From Minisyncoccia bacterium (lineage in GTDB: Bacteria > Patescibacteriota > Minisyncoccia > Phycocordibacterales > CAJBRS01), in contig JBBQRF010000001.1 in assembly GCA_038215155.1 (NCBI GenBank), positions 142,205 to 206,204 of the forward strand: 64,000 nt of DNA. Direction: 5' to 3'. The notes under the pieces were generated by a model. That model saw only the letters and a program-made list of their open reading frames with translations, searched no databases and was not told the origin of the DNA. Below, one piece after another: positions 46,309 to 56,506 of this stretch (position 1 is its first letter; each line of letters begins with the position of its first letter). Both the position numbers and the translations under genes were made by a program.

Positions 46309-46583
46309 TATTTTCTCTTAAGCTTATAGACTTTTAGGATCTCCTTTTTTGCTTTGTTTGATTGACCTGTTTTTAATTGATTAAGAATGCAGCCACTCAA
46401 ATGATTTTCGAGTAATAAATCTTCCACGTTGGATAGTCCCTGCTTGACTGCAGATGTTTGAGTAATCACATCAATGCAGTATGTGTCGCTTTCAATCATT
46501 TTCTGTAATCCCCTTATCTGACCTTCTATCAGTTTAAGTCGACGGATGATTCGACTCTTATTTTTGTCTCCTATATATTTCAT
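46308..46583 (-). CDS. csoR: CsoR/RcnR-family metal-sensing transcriptional repressor
   Basis: YCIDVITQ ... ENHLSGCI Cys/His ligand pattern; 91 aa; overlaps the copA start (operon). Confidence 0.8.
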   Translation of the reverse strand: MKYIGDKNKSRIIRRLKLIEGQIRGLQKMIESDTYCIDVITQTSAVKQGLSNVEDLLLENHLSGCILNQLKTGQSNKAKKEILKVYKLKRK

Positions 46584-46594
46584 TTGCTGCCATC

Positions 46595-46612
46595 ATACCC
46601 CCTAGGGGGTAT
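46595..46612. promoter_or_regulatory. putative CsoR operator: perfect GC-rich palindrome ATACCCCCTAGGGGGTAT overlapping a TATAAT box
   Basis: Direct reading, 12 nt upstream of the csoR start; matches the known CsoR operator type (TACCC..GGGTA). Confidence 0.6.
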
Positions 46613-46665
46613 AATGATCAATAGGAAAAAATAATAATAGATTGCGACATATTTTGGAGTCTCAT

Positions 46666-46700
46666 GGCTCCTTACCATAGAGTTAAAAAACTTCACATTG
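46666..46700. repeat. left inverted repeat (ggctccttaccatagagttaaaaaacttcacattg) bracketing the tRNA cluster
   Basis: The exact 24-nt reverse complement is found at 47319-47342, and a 17/19 match at 47281-47299. Confidence 0.6.
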
Positions 46701-46807
46701 TCATGATTTCGCGCCTAAAGGCTTGTTGCCATAGAGTTACTAAAGTCAAACGGTCGGAGCCGGCGTGGAGACTAAAAAAGAGCAGCAAAAGCTGCCCTAT
46801 TTTAGTC

Positions 46808-46884
46808 TGGCGCGGCCGACCGGACTTGAACCGGCAACCTCTCGCGTGACAGGCGAGTGCTCTAACCAGTTGAGCTACGGCCGC
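46808..46884 (-). tRNA. tRNA-Asp(GUC), CCA encoded
   Basis: GCGGCCG-TA-GCTC-AACTGGTT-AGAGC-..CTCGC-CTGTCAC-GCGAG..GCCGG-TTCAAGT-CCGGT-CGGCCGC-G-CCA. Confidence 0.85.
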
Positions 46885-46908
46885 AATTTCGCATTCTTAA
46901 AATACGAG

Positions 46909-46981
46909 TGTCGGAGGTGGGGATCGAACCCACGACCCCGGGCTTATGAGTCCCGTGCTCTACCGACTGAGCTACCCCGAC
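46909..46981 (-). tRNA. elongator-type tRNA-Met or tRNA-Ile2 (anticodon CAU)
   Basis: GTCGGGG-TA-GCTC-AGTCGGTA-GAGC-A-CGGGA-CTCATAA-GCCCG-..GTGGG-TTCGATC-CCCAC-CTCCGAC-A; the 1-72 pair is intact. Confidence 0.8.
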
Positions 46982-47068
46982 ATTTGGTTGGTTAAATATA
47001 TAGGAAATTGCTAATAAAATAAAGATACGTTATATTGGGTAATCTAATCAAAGAGTCACTATTTAAAT

Positions 47069-47130
47069 CGGGGGTGGAGTAACAGTAGCTCGCAAGAGAT
47101 CTATAGACTCATAACCTCTGATGGAGTAAG
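47069..47130 (+). repeat. partial or diverged duplicate of the tRNA-like element (shares GGGGTGGAGTAACAGTAGCTCG and CTCATAACCTC)
   Basis: Direct comparison with 47157-47227. Confidence 0.4.
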
Positions 47131-47156
47131 GTAAATATACATACAATTTTAAATAT

Positions 47157-47227
47157 AGCGGGGTGGAGTAACAGTAGCTCGGGAGGCTCATAACCTCCAG
47201 GCCTCGGTGCAAATCCGAGCCCCGCAA
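47157..47227 (+). tRNA. noncanonical tRNA-like element, anticodon CAU (possible divergent initiator tRNA or pseudo-tRNA)
   Basis: AGCGGGG-TG-GAGT-AACAGTA-GCTC-G-GGAGG-CTCATAA-CCTCC-AGGC-CTCGG-TGCAAAT-CCGAG-CCCCGCA-A. A1/A72 mismatch and A11:U24 are initiator-like; it lacks the D-loop GG and has TGC instead of TTC in the T-loop. Confidence 0.35.
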
Positions 47228-47280
47228 CAAGTTAACGCACATTAGAGTACTAGTGATTTGCACCGAATAATTGGGCAAAT

Positions 47281-47342
47281 AATTCTATTGTAAGGAGCCC
47301 TAAGACTCGAAGGTCGGTCAATGTGAAGTTTTTTAACTCTAT
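47281..47342. repeat. right inverted repeats (aattctattgtaaggagcc ... caatgtgaagttttttaactctat) bracketing the tRNA cluster
   Basis: Reverse complements of 46666-46684 and 46677-46700. Confidence 0.6.
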
Positions 47343-47516
47343 AAATAAAAACGCCCCTACCAATAAGAGGCGTCGATCCAGGCGCTGCGAATGGTTTTTT
47401 TGGTTAAGAGGCGGCGCGAAGCGCCGCCTCTATCTCCTTTCCAACAAACTTTGATCCAGGTAAAAATCTTCATCTGCCACTATTAAACCGCCAACCGCTT
47501 AAAATTCCCCTAAAAA

Positions 47517-48200
47517 TTAAATAAAACGAAATTCCTGGAATACGCTTTCGTAGAGACCAATTATCCGCTTAGCTTCTCGCTGGGAAAGCAGAAAATCAGC
47601 TCCCTCATGAGCAATGGCATTCCGAATTTTATGCGCTTCCCACGCGCTATCTATAGTACTAAAGTCGCTCTGTTCCACACTTTTTAACATATCTCCGATA
47701 CCCTCCCCTCGATATCCCATTGATTCGAGTAAATCACTAAGTAAAATATCGCCCTCTAAAATAGCTAAGCGCCAATCCGATGGATTATCGCTGTTTACGT
47801 GATTGAGCACTCGCTGCCATTTAATATTGCCAGCGGGTAAATCTTCAGCTGTTTTACTTAAATACTGGGCTTTTTCTTTTTTTGCATGACGGGCTTTCTC
47901 TACATATTTCAATCTGAAAAGAGCGTAGATTATGCCCATAAAAAACAAGACTGAACAGAAAATGGCTAGTAATTCTATAGTTGGAAATACACCCCCGAAC
48001 CAATTTGCTAATGTATGCCCAATAATTGAGAAGAATAAACCAATACCCCCTACTCCAGCAGCTCTATCTCCTCCAAAGTGAGCAGAGAAAAAATTTCCTA
48101 AACGATTGAGGATGAAGAAAAAGATGATCACTCCAGCAATTATTTCAAAGGCCGTAATAGCTTTGTCGGAACCGGCATCTTTTTTCTTATCTTCAGCCAT
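47517..48200 (-). CDS. membrane protein with C-terminal HEPN-like (Rx4H) domain
   Basis: Three N-terminal TM segments; C-terminal AWEAHKIRNAIAHEG fits the HEPN Rx4-6H motif. Speculative. Confidence 0.3.
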   Translation of the reverse strand: MAEDKKKDAGSDKAITAFEIIAGVIIFFFILNRLGNFFSAHFGGDRAAGVGGIGLFFSIIGHTLANWFGGVFPTIELLAIFCSVLFFMGIIYALFRLKYVEKARHAKKEKAQYLSKTAEDLPAGNIKWQRVLNHVNSDNPSDWRLAILEGDILLSDLLESMGYRGEGIGDMLKSVEQSDFSTIDSAWEAHKIRNAIAHEGADFLLSQREAKRIIGLYESVFQEFRFI

Positions 48201-49605
48201 GATAATTTTCGAGTTGTTTACCTATCTCAAAAAGCCTCTCGTCGGCGAGAAAGGGCGCGGTGAATTGAATACCAAGTGGTAATCTCTTACCACTCACTTC
48301 AGTGAAGCCTGATGGAACGGAGATGGAAGGCATGCCCGTAATGTTGGCGGGGACTGTAAAAATATCTGATAAATACATTGATACAGGATCTGTAGTTTTT
48401 TCCCCTATTTTAAAGGCGGGTGAAGCAGTGGTTGGAGTTAAGATTAAATCAATATTTTGAAAAGCTTTTTCAAAATCATTGCGAATTAAATTTCGAACAC
48501 CGTTAGCTTTTCCATAGTATGCATCATAATACCCACTTGAGAGTACGTAGGTGCCAAGCATAATGCGACGACGTGATTCTTTTCCAAAACCGTTACCTCT
48601 TGAAAGAAGGTAGTCTTCCAACAAATTACTTCCCTCCTGATGGTAGCCGAACTTAACTCCATCATAGCGAGCTAGGTTTGAAGAAGCTTCGGCAGGCATG
48701 ATGATGTAATAGACGGCAAGAGAATATTTAACATTTGGTAATTCAATTTCTACTATTTCATGGCCTAAACTTTCTAACTTTTTAATTGATTGTTGAAAAT
48801 TACTCATTACCGCTTCGTCTACTCCTTCGGCCAAAAAATGGTATGGTATTCCGATTTTGAATTTTTTCTTTTTGTTTTCTTCTTCTTTTACTTCATCGCT
48901 TAGAGAAGTGCTGTCCTGTGGATCCTTACCTTTAATAAGGTTATAGAAAATTTCCGCATCCTCAACTGTTTTAGTAAAAGGGCCAATTTGATCAAGTGAT
49001 GAGGCTAGAGCCATTAGTCCTGAGCGCGAGACACGACCGTAACTTGGTTTAAAACCTACCACTCCACAAAAGGCCGCCGGTTGACGAATGGAACCGCCAG
49101 TATCAGAACCAAGCGACGCTAAGGCAAGATCCGCGGCGATTGCGGCGGCGGAGCCGCCGCTTGATCCGCCGGGCACTCTTTCGAAATCATGTGGATTTTT
49201 TGTCACACCATAGGCTGAATTTTCTGTTGAAGAACCCATAGCAAATTCATCCATATTAGTACGTCCGAGAATAATTGCTCCAGCCTCTTTTAATTTTTTA
49301 GTAATAAAAGAATCATAAGTAGCAACGTAGTTTTCCAAAATCCTAGAACCTGACGAAGCTTTTTTTCCTTTAATAAGCATATTGTCCTTCAGAGCGACGG
49401 GAATGCCTGACATTGGATGGCTAAACTCTTTAATTAATTCAGCACTCTTAAGAGCGTCGCTAAAAACTTCTAAATATACATTTAGTGCTGAATTTTTCTC
49501 TTCAATATTTTTCAAATAAGCGGCCGTCAATTCTTTAGCAGAAAAATCCCCATTCTTCAGGTGGTCGCTGGCTTTTTTAATTGTTAAGGTCTCTAAATTA
49601 ATCAC
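48193..49605 (-). CDS. gatA: Glu-tRNA(Gln)/Asp-tRNA(Asn) amidotransferase subunit A
   Basis: Amidase signature GGSSGGSAAAIAA; Ser-cisSer-Lys triad context. Confidence 0.9.
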   Translation of the reverse strand: MINLETLTIKKASDHLKNGDFSAKELTAAYLKNIEEKNSALNVYLEVFSDALKSAELIKEFSHPMSGIPVALKDNMLIKGKKASSGSRILENYVATYDSFITKKLKEAGAIILGRTNMDEFAMGSSTENSAYGVTKNPHDFERVPGGSSGGSAAAIAADLALASLGSDTGGSIRQPAAFCGVVGFKPSYGRVSRSGLMALASSLDQIGPFTKTVEDAEIFYNLIKGKDPQDSTSLSDEVKEEENKKKKFKIGIPYHFLAEGVDEAVMSNFQQSIKKLESLGHEIVEIELPNVKYSLAVYYIIMPAEASSNLARYDGVKFGYHQEGSNLLEDYLLSRGNGFGKESRRRIMLGTYVLSSGYYDAYYGKANGVRNLIRNDFEKAFQNIDLILTPTTASPAFKIGEKTTDPVSMYLSDIFTVPANITGMPSISVPSGFTEVSGKRLPLGIQFTAPFLADERLFEIGKQLENYHG

Positions 49606-49613
49606 TTTATAAA

Positions 49614-49907
49614 TTAAAGAATTTTCTTAACTTTAATATATTGGCCCATCCGACCCGGCGAGCTTTCGAGAAGTGAGTCGGTAAAAATTCCAGACGGATG
49701 AGGTTCAGCGTCCCGGCGAAAGATGTTTCGATTTTGGTGTCTTTCTGATTTTTCGGAAGCCGCCGCCCCTGCTGCGGCGGCGGCTTCTCTGACCTGATCA
49801 ACATAGGCGAGAATTGAATCCATATCTTTGAGGAGGGCGGTTTTCTCCCCTTCCGCAAGATTAATCCGAGAAAGAGAGGCTAGTTTTTCAATATCTTTAA
49901 TTTCCAT
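49614..49907 (-). CDS. gatC: Glu-tRNA(Gln) amidotransferase subunit C
   Basis: 97 aa, MEIKDIEKLASLSRINLAEGEK; immediately upstream of gatA. Confidence 0.8.
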   Translation of the reverse strand: MEIKDIEKLASLSRINLAEGEKTALLKDMDSILAYVDQVREAAAAAGAAASEKSERHQNRNIFRRDAEPHPSGIFTDSLLESSPGRMGQYIKVKKIL

Positions 49908-49922
49908 CCTATTAAGTATATC

Positions 49923-52004
<2,082 letters not shown>

Positions 52005-52553
52005 TTAGTACTGAACCTCAAGCCCTCTTTCTACTCGACGAGGGTTAGCAGCATCGCAGGTATTGTAGCCGCGAGATAAAACATCGGTAAATACATCACT
52101 ACCGGAAATGCTCTTATTAACAATGACGTTGACAATTGGGGTGTTGGGATTATTTGCCGCTACACACTCGGGGGAATCGTAGACTAGATCAAAGATGGTG
52201 TCGTAGGAACCGGGAGCAGCGTTGGTCCGTGTACTTAGTTGAGTAATGTAACTTACCGGGTGCACAAGATTACAAGTTAGGCTACTTTGATTAAGATTCG
52301 TCGCATAGGTAGAGGAAGTGGCAAATCCCTGGCTGTTCTTGTCCCAATACAAGGCACACTCAATTCCCGTATCAGAATTATAGAAAGCAAATTGCGATTC
52401 CTTAGCGGCCGAGGAAAGTAGTACTTGTTGGAGGGTAATGTTTAAAATGGCGATACCCACGGAAAGCAATAGACTAACGATTAATGACGCGAACAAAAGA
52501 GTAAAGCCGGTATTCTTTTTTGAGTATTTTATTGACATGGTAAGCCACCGCAA
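52005..52553 (-). CDS. type IV pilin-like/pseudopilin protein
   Basis: N-terminal KKNTGFTLLFASLIVSLL class III signal-like sequence (no Glu at +5). Confidence 0.55.
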   Translation of the reverse strand: MRWLTMSIKYSKKNTGFTLLFASLIVSLLLSVGIAILNITLQQVLLSSAAKESQFAFYNSDTGIECALYWDKNSQGFATSSTYATNLNQSSLTCNLVHPVSYITQLSTRTNAAPGSYDTIFDLVYDSPECVAANNPNTPIVNVIVNKSISGSDVFTDVLSRGYNTCDAANPRRVERGLEVQY

Positions 52554-53464
52554 GTTGGATCTGGAGGTGGAGCTGCTGTTACAGTGACAATGACCGTGCT
52601 AGTTGCAGTAGTGCTTGTAGCATTTTGGGCGGCGAACTTATATGTATAGGCACAACCGTAAGCCGCTCCCGTACCAGGCACGGCCAAAGTAGCGTTTCCG
52701 TTCAAACTATTTATAGGGTCAATTGAAGGCGTAGGCCACGCACAAGTAGAAGCCGAGCGGCTAGAATTATGAGTAAATGCGCTTCCTCCAGTTGAAGACC
52801 AGGTCAAAGTAAAACTGCCTCCTTTATCGGGAACGTCACTTGAAGTGGTAAGACTAGCAGTTAAAGGAATACCGCCTGATACACCAGTGGCTAAATTATC
52901 CCAATTAAATAAGTTTTCGGTGATTTGAAACTTTGCAGGTGCTTTTAGGTTGCCTACTGACCAGTAAACAGTCACTGTCACCTTATCTTCATTGCTACTA
53001 ATAGGAGTGACTTCAATCTTTCGATAAAAAGGTGATGCAGGATATGTCCCAATCGGCCCTTGGTGATAAACACTGGTAGAGGGGTCGTATTGAACGGGAA
53101 AGCTATTAATATTGTTAGTAGAATTAAGACTAGTCGTTAGAGCTTTTCCATTAACGAATAAATTCGAGGTATCGATTCCACAAGGGGACGCCGTGGTGCA
53201 CCCCGTTAGTCCTGCATCCCAGGCAACACCACTGGAATTATTCTGATTAATAAAATTAGTGTCGCGCAGATAGCGCATGTATTCAATCCCCTCCTGCGCT
53301 AGGTAAAAGGCCGTTACTTGATTATTGGCATAATAGGCCGAGTTTAAGCTATTAGAGGCAATGACAAGCGGGCCCATAATGGCCAAGATTAAAATAGCAA
53401 TGGCTACTAATGTTTCAATTAGAGTAAAGCCTGATTTCGAATTTGAAATTTTAAATTTAAGCAT
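52529..53464 (-). CDS. minor type IV pilin
   Basis: Prepilin motif KSGFTLIETLVAIAILILAI. Confidence 0.7.
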   Translation of the reverse strand: MLKFKISNSKSGFTLIETLVAIAILILAIMGPLVIASNSLNSAYYANNQVTAFYLAQEGIEYMRYLRDTNFINQNNSSGVAWDAGLTGCTTASPCGIDTSNLFVNGKALTTSLNSTNNINSFPVQYDPSTSVYHQGPIGTYPASPFYRKIEVTPISSNEDKVTVTVYWSVGNLKAPAKFQITENLFNWDNLATGVSGGIPLTASLTTSSDVPDKGGSFTLTWSSTGGSAFTHNSSRSASTCAWPTPSIDPINSLNGNATLAVPGTGAAYGCAYTYKFAAQNATSTTATSTVIVTVTAAPPPDPTCGGLPCQ

Positions 53465-53467
53465 ATT

Positions 53468-54013
53468 TTAGCTGTCTAAAAGACGCTGAGTGATTAATGT
53501 TTCTACTTGAAAAGTTGATTGAGTCTTTAGTGAAGCACCAGTCTTCCCTTGCAAGACCAGGAAGACCGTCGGCTGTTGGCTGTCGGGCTGACCATTACCT
53601 TTTATAGAGAAGGACATATTAGTAATCTGAACTTCTGGCGCTGTAATTGATGAAGCCGGGCCGCCATTAACGCTTTTCATAATAGAGCCGTTCAAGTAAC
53701 TGTACGTAACTGTTTGATCCAAACTATTCCGAAAACTAATTGATTGGCTGTTAACAGTGGGAGGACAGCCGTAGGTTCCTGTGGCGCAATAATTGCTTCC
53801 TTCGCGAATATCTCGAATCATACTTTCCAAAGCAAAGCTGATGTTAGTCATCACTGAGTTTATGGATTGCGCCTTACGATTAACATCAACGATGCTCAAA
53901 ACTGAAGCAATGGAAATAACCATAACAATGATAAATATGCTAGAGGCAACCATTAATTCAATGAGAGTAAAACCGGCCTGTTTACCTTTTTTATTTTGTC
54001 GGTTTTTTAACAT
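53468..54013 (-). CDS. minor type IV pilin
   Basis: KQAGFTLIELMVASSIFIIV. Confidence 0.7.
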   Translation of the reverse strand: MLKNRQNKKGKQAGFTLIELMVASSIFIIVMVISIASVLSIVDVNRKAQSINSVMTNISFALESMIRDIREGSNYCATGTYGCPPTVNSQSISFRNSLDQTVTYSYLNGSIMKSVNGGPASSITAPEVQITNMSFSIKGNGQPDSQQPTVFLVLQGKTGASLKTQSTFQVETLITQRLLDS

Positions 54014-54654
54014 GGCGTAGAAGTTGCTGTAGTTGAAGACGCTGAAACCGCCACTTGGCCCGTTTGATAAACGTTAATGCATTTGTATCTGTCTCCGAGA
54101 GCAGAGATAATTGTAATGCTTGCCTGAGTGTAAGAAGGACTGGTAACGGAGCCTCCGGGATCAAAATGATGGTCAATACTTATATTAGCAGCGGGGTTGG
54201 GGCGGAGAAATAGAATATCGAGAGTGCTGAAAGCTCCAGTTTTTGAACAAGTTTTAACATTGGCATAATCAGTAACACAAAGATTTGATATTGAAGCGCC
54301 GAGCTGAAGATTGAAATTGTTTACCACATTATCAGCTGGTGTCGGCGCGCCATCGTAAAGCTGATCAACGTTATTGTCAGCAACCAAAGCATACGAACTT
54401 GAACTCGCCTTATCAAAATCAATTCCGTAACCAATTTGGTAATTGCTACTCGCTCCTTTAACGCCAAGCCCGTAGACTTGGGCTTGGCGAATAGAGAGGG
54501 CAATTTGATAGGCGAGATTAGTAAGCTGAATGTCGCTAGAAAACTTGTTTTGTCGCGCCAAGACAACAGTAGTAATGATGACAAAAATAGCTAGGACGAC
54601 GAGAAGTTCCACTAAAGTAAACCCTCTCTTATATTTTCGTTTAAAAGAATTCAT
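54007..54654 (-). CDS. minor type IV pilin
   Basis: KRGFTLVELLVVLAIFVIIT. Confidence 0.7.
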   Translation of the reverse strand: MNSFKRKYKRGFTLVELLVVLAIFVIITTVVLARQNKFSSDIQLTNLAYQIALSIRQAQVYGLGVKGASSNYQIGYGIDFDKASSSSYALVADNNVDQLYDGAPTPADNVVNNFNLQLGASISNLCVTDYANVKTCSKTGAFSTLDILFLRPNPAANISIDHHFDPGGSVTSPSYTQASITIISALGDRYKCINVYQTGQVAVSASSTTATSTPC

Positions 54655-55475
54655 TGAAGAAAGTAGGCTAGCCCCGTCACATCAATTCTGAAAAAATAAA
54701 CTAACAAGATTCCAAGAATTAGGAATGGAGCAAATGGTATTTCAGTCTTCATTGTAACCTTTCTAGATTGAACAATCAAAAGAATGATGCCAATGATGGC
54801 GCCGCTCCAGAAGCCCAATACTATGGCTGAAAGACCACTGATAAAGCCGAGAAACCAACCAATGCCTATAGCCAGTTTTGCATCACCGAAACCCATCCAA
54901 CGACCACCGGAAAAATACCAGAGGAGAAAAAATGGCAGAAAAAAAAGCGGTCCGGCAAAGAGGTCCCATTTTAGATCTGTAGTACCTAGTGAAAGTGGCA
55001 GAAAAAAAGAAAATAATAGTCGTAAGAGACTGAAAATTATAAAAGTGTAGACAATACCATCGGGAATAATTTTGTGTTTCAGATCATAGACAAGAATGAC
55101 AACCAGGAGACTGAAAATAATTAAATCAAAAATAAAAAATATGGAAGGGGAAAATTGGAACAACGGGAAGTTAGCAGAACCAAAATAATGGATAAAGGTG
55201 GCGGCAAATAGAGTACCGGTAAAAAATTCAACGCTCGGATATTGCCAGGAGATTTTTGAACGACATTTTAGACAGCGCCCGCGCAGAAAAAGAAAGCTGA
55301 AAAGAGGCACGAGCTCGGCGAAGCCGAGCTCGTGCGCGCAATGAGGACAAGAAGACCGGCCGAGCGCTACGCCTCGGCCGGTGTTAAATCGCAGGATCAC
55401 TACGTTTAAAAAACTACCAATGATAGTGCCGAGGAAAAAGAAGGTGAGAATTGAGAATAGGGAATAAATAACCAT
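54651..55475 (-). CDS. pilD: prepilin peptidase (A24 family)
   Basis: Zn-binding CPHC...CLKC tetracysteine; polytopic; GFGDAKL catalytic Asp context. Confidence 0.85.
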   Translation of the reverse strand: MVIYSLFSILTFFFLGTIIGSFLNVVILRFNTGRGVALGRSSCPHCAHELGFAELVPLFSFLFLRGRCLKCRSKISWQYPSVEFFTGTLFAATFIHYFGSANFPLFQFSPSIFFIFDLIIFSLLVVILVYDLKHKIIPDGIVYTFIIFSLLRLLFSFFLPLSLGTTDLKWDLFAGPLFFLPFFLLWYFSGGRWMGFGDAKLAIGIGWFLGFISGLSAIVLGFWSGAIIGIILLIVQSRKVTMKTEIPFAPFLILGILLVYFFRIDVTGLAYFLQ

Positions 55476-55888
55476 TACTGATTGGAGACCTTAAAACTGT
55501 TTGCGGGCACATTTGTAGTACATGAGGCACTGCTCCCAAGAGTAGCGCCATTAATTACTTCCAGGGTGACTCCGAGACAATAGGTGTTAGCCGTCGCAGC
55601 GGTATAACCATAGGGATGGCTGGGGCCTAAGGGATCTGCGGGTACAGAGGGTAAATATGTGGGCGCCAACACAGACAAGCAACTTGTATCTGCACAAACT
55701 GGATAAGCAAGATTATTAGTAAAATAATTTTCTAGGGCAAGCTGCAACTGCTTAATATCCCCCGCTCGTTTAGAGTCACGCCCTTTGGCTCGGGCGGTGT
55801 TCAAATTAGCAATAACAATAGAAGTGAGGACGCCGATAATTCCGATGACTACAATAAGTTCGATTAGAGTAAAGCCCTTTTTCTTCAT
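55475..55888 (-). CDS. type IV pilin (PilA-like)
   Basis: KKKGFTLIELIVVIGIIGVL. Confidence 0.8.
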   Translation of the reverse strand: MKKKGFTLIELIVVIGIIGVLTSIVIANLNTARAKGRDSKRAGDIKQLQLALENYFTNNLAYPVCADTSCLSVLAPTYLPSVPADPLGPSHPYGYTAATANTYCLGVTLEVINGATLGSSASCTTNVPANSFKVSNQ

Positions 55889-55902
55889 ACATTAAGTATA
55901 TC

Positions 55903-55936
55903 AAAACAAAAATCTCGCGCGAGGCGAGATTTTTGT
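55903..55936. terminator. rho-independent terminator after the major pilin gene
   Basis: atctcgc-gcgag-gcgagat followed by a T-tract (read on the minus strand). Confidence 0.5.
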
Positions 55937-55959
55937 TAACTTCAAACTGAACGAAGGAA

Positions 55960-56397
55960 TTAGGAACAGACTACGTTTGTAGCGAGGGTGGTTGTTGCCA
56001 CTGCTGTTGCCAATACTTGCGTTGGATCAGCACACCAAGTTGTACCTCCCTTTAGAGGAACAGTTATAACAAAACTTGCGCCATTGGCGGTGCAGTAAGC
56101 ACCTCCGTTAGCGTTGGTGTTCAACGTGGTAATGATAGAGGTGGAACTAGCAAAAACGTTGTTCGTTCCTGGTGAAGTACAGACGGCTGTAGCCAGAGTA
56201 CCGTATGACTGGTTATTGGTGTCGTAAAAAATAGCCCCATTAGATCGCAATTGTGCCAATTCCGATTTTACAGCTGCATCAGATCCTTTGTTTCTTGCTG
56301 TGTTCAAAGATGCGAGCACAACAGAAGCAAGGATACCAATGATGGCGATAACCACCAAGAGTTCGATCAAAGTGAATCCTTTATTTAATTTCTTCAT
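55960..56397 (-). CDS. pilA: major type IV pilin
   Basis: KLNKGFTLIELLVVIAIIGILASVVLASLNTARNKG; monocistronic with its own terminator. Confidence 0.8.
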   Translation of the reverse strand: MKKLNKGFTLIELLVVIAIIGILASVVLASLNTARNKGSDAAVKSELAQLRSNGAIFYDTNNQSYGTLATAVCTSPGTNNVFASSTSIITTLNTNANGGAYCTANGASFVITVPLKGGTTWCADPTQVLATAVATTTLATNVVCS

Positions 56398-56404
56398 TAA
56401 TTTT

Positions 56405-56439
56405 TAATAATTCTAATAATTCTAATAATTCAATAATTC
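56405..56439. repeat. 9-nt tandem repeat (taataattc) x4 in the pilA promoter region
   Basis: Direct reading. Confidence 0.6.
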
Positions 56440-56506
56440 GACTTATGCTTATATTATATAGGTAAACCCCCTCTATTAATACAAGGCCTGTGGACAATTA
56501 AAGGGA

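Noticed and set aside
46664-46995. ORFs 46664..46849 (+) and 46765..46995 (+)
   Set aside because: They run antisense across tRNA-Asp and tRNA-Met and across the repeated catagagtta motif. Their repeated HRVKK/HRVTK peptides come from the DNA repeat
47063-47278. ORF 47063..47278 (-), 71 aa
   Set aside because: It overlaps the two tRNA-like repeats on the opposite strand, with no start context; taken as spurious
49607-49858. ORF 49607..49858 (-), 83 aa
   Set aside because: It is the alternative frame of gatC, which has a clear GatC N-terminus and couples to gatA
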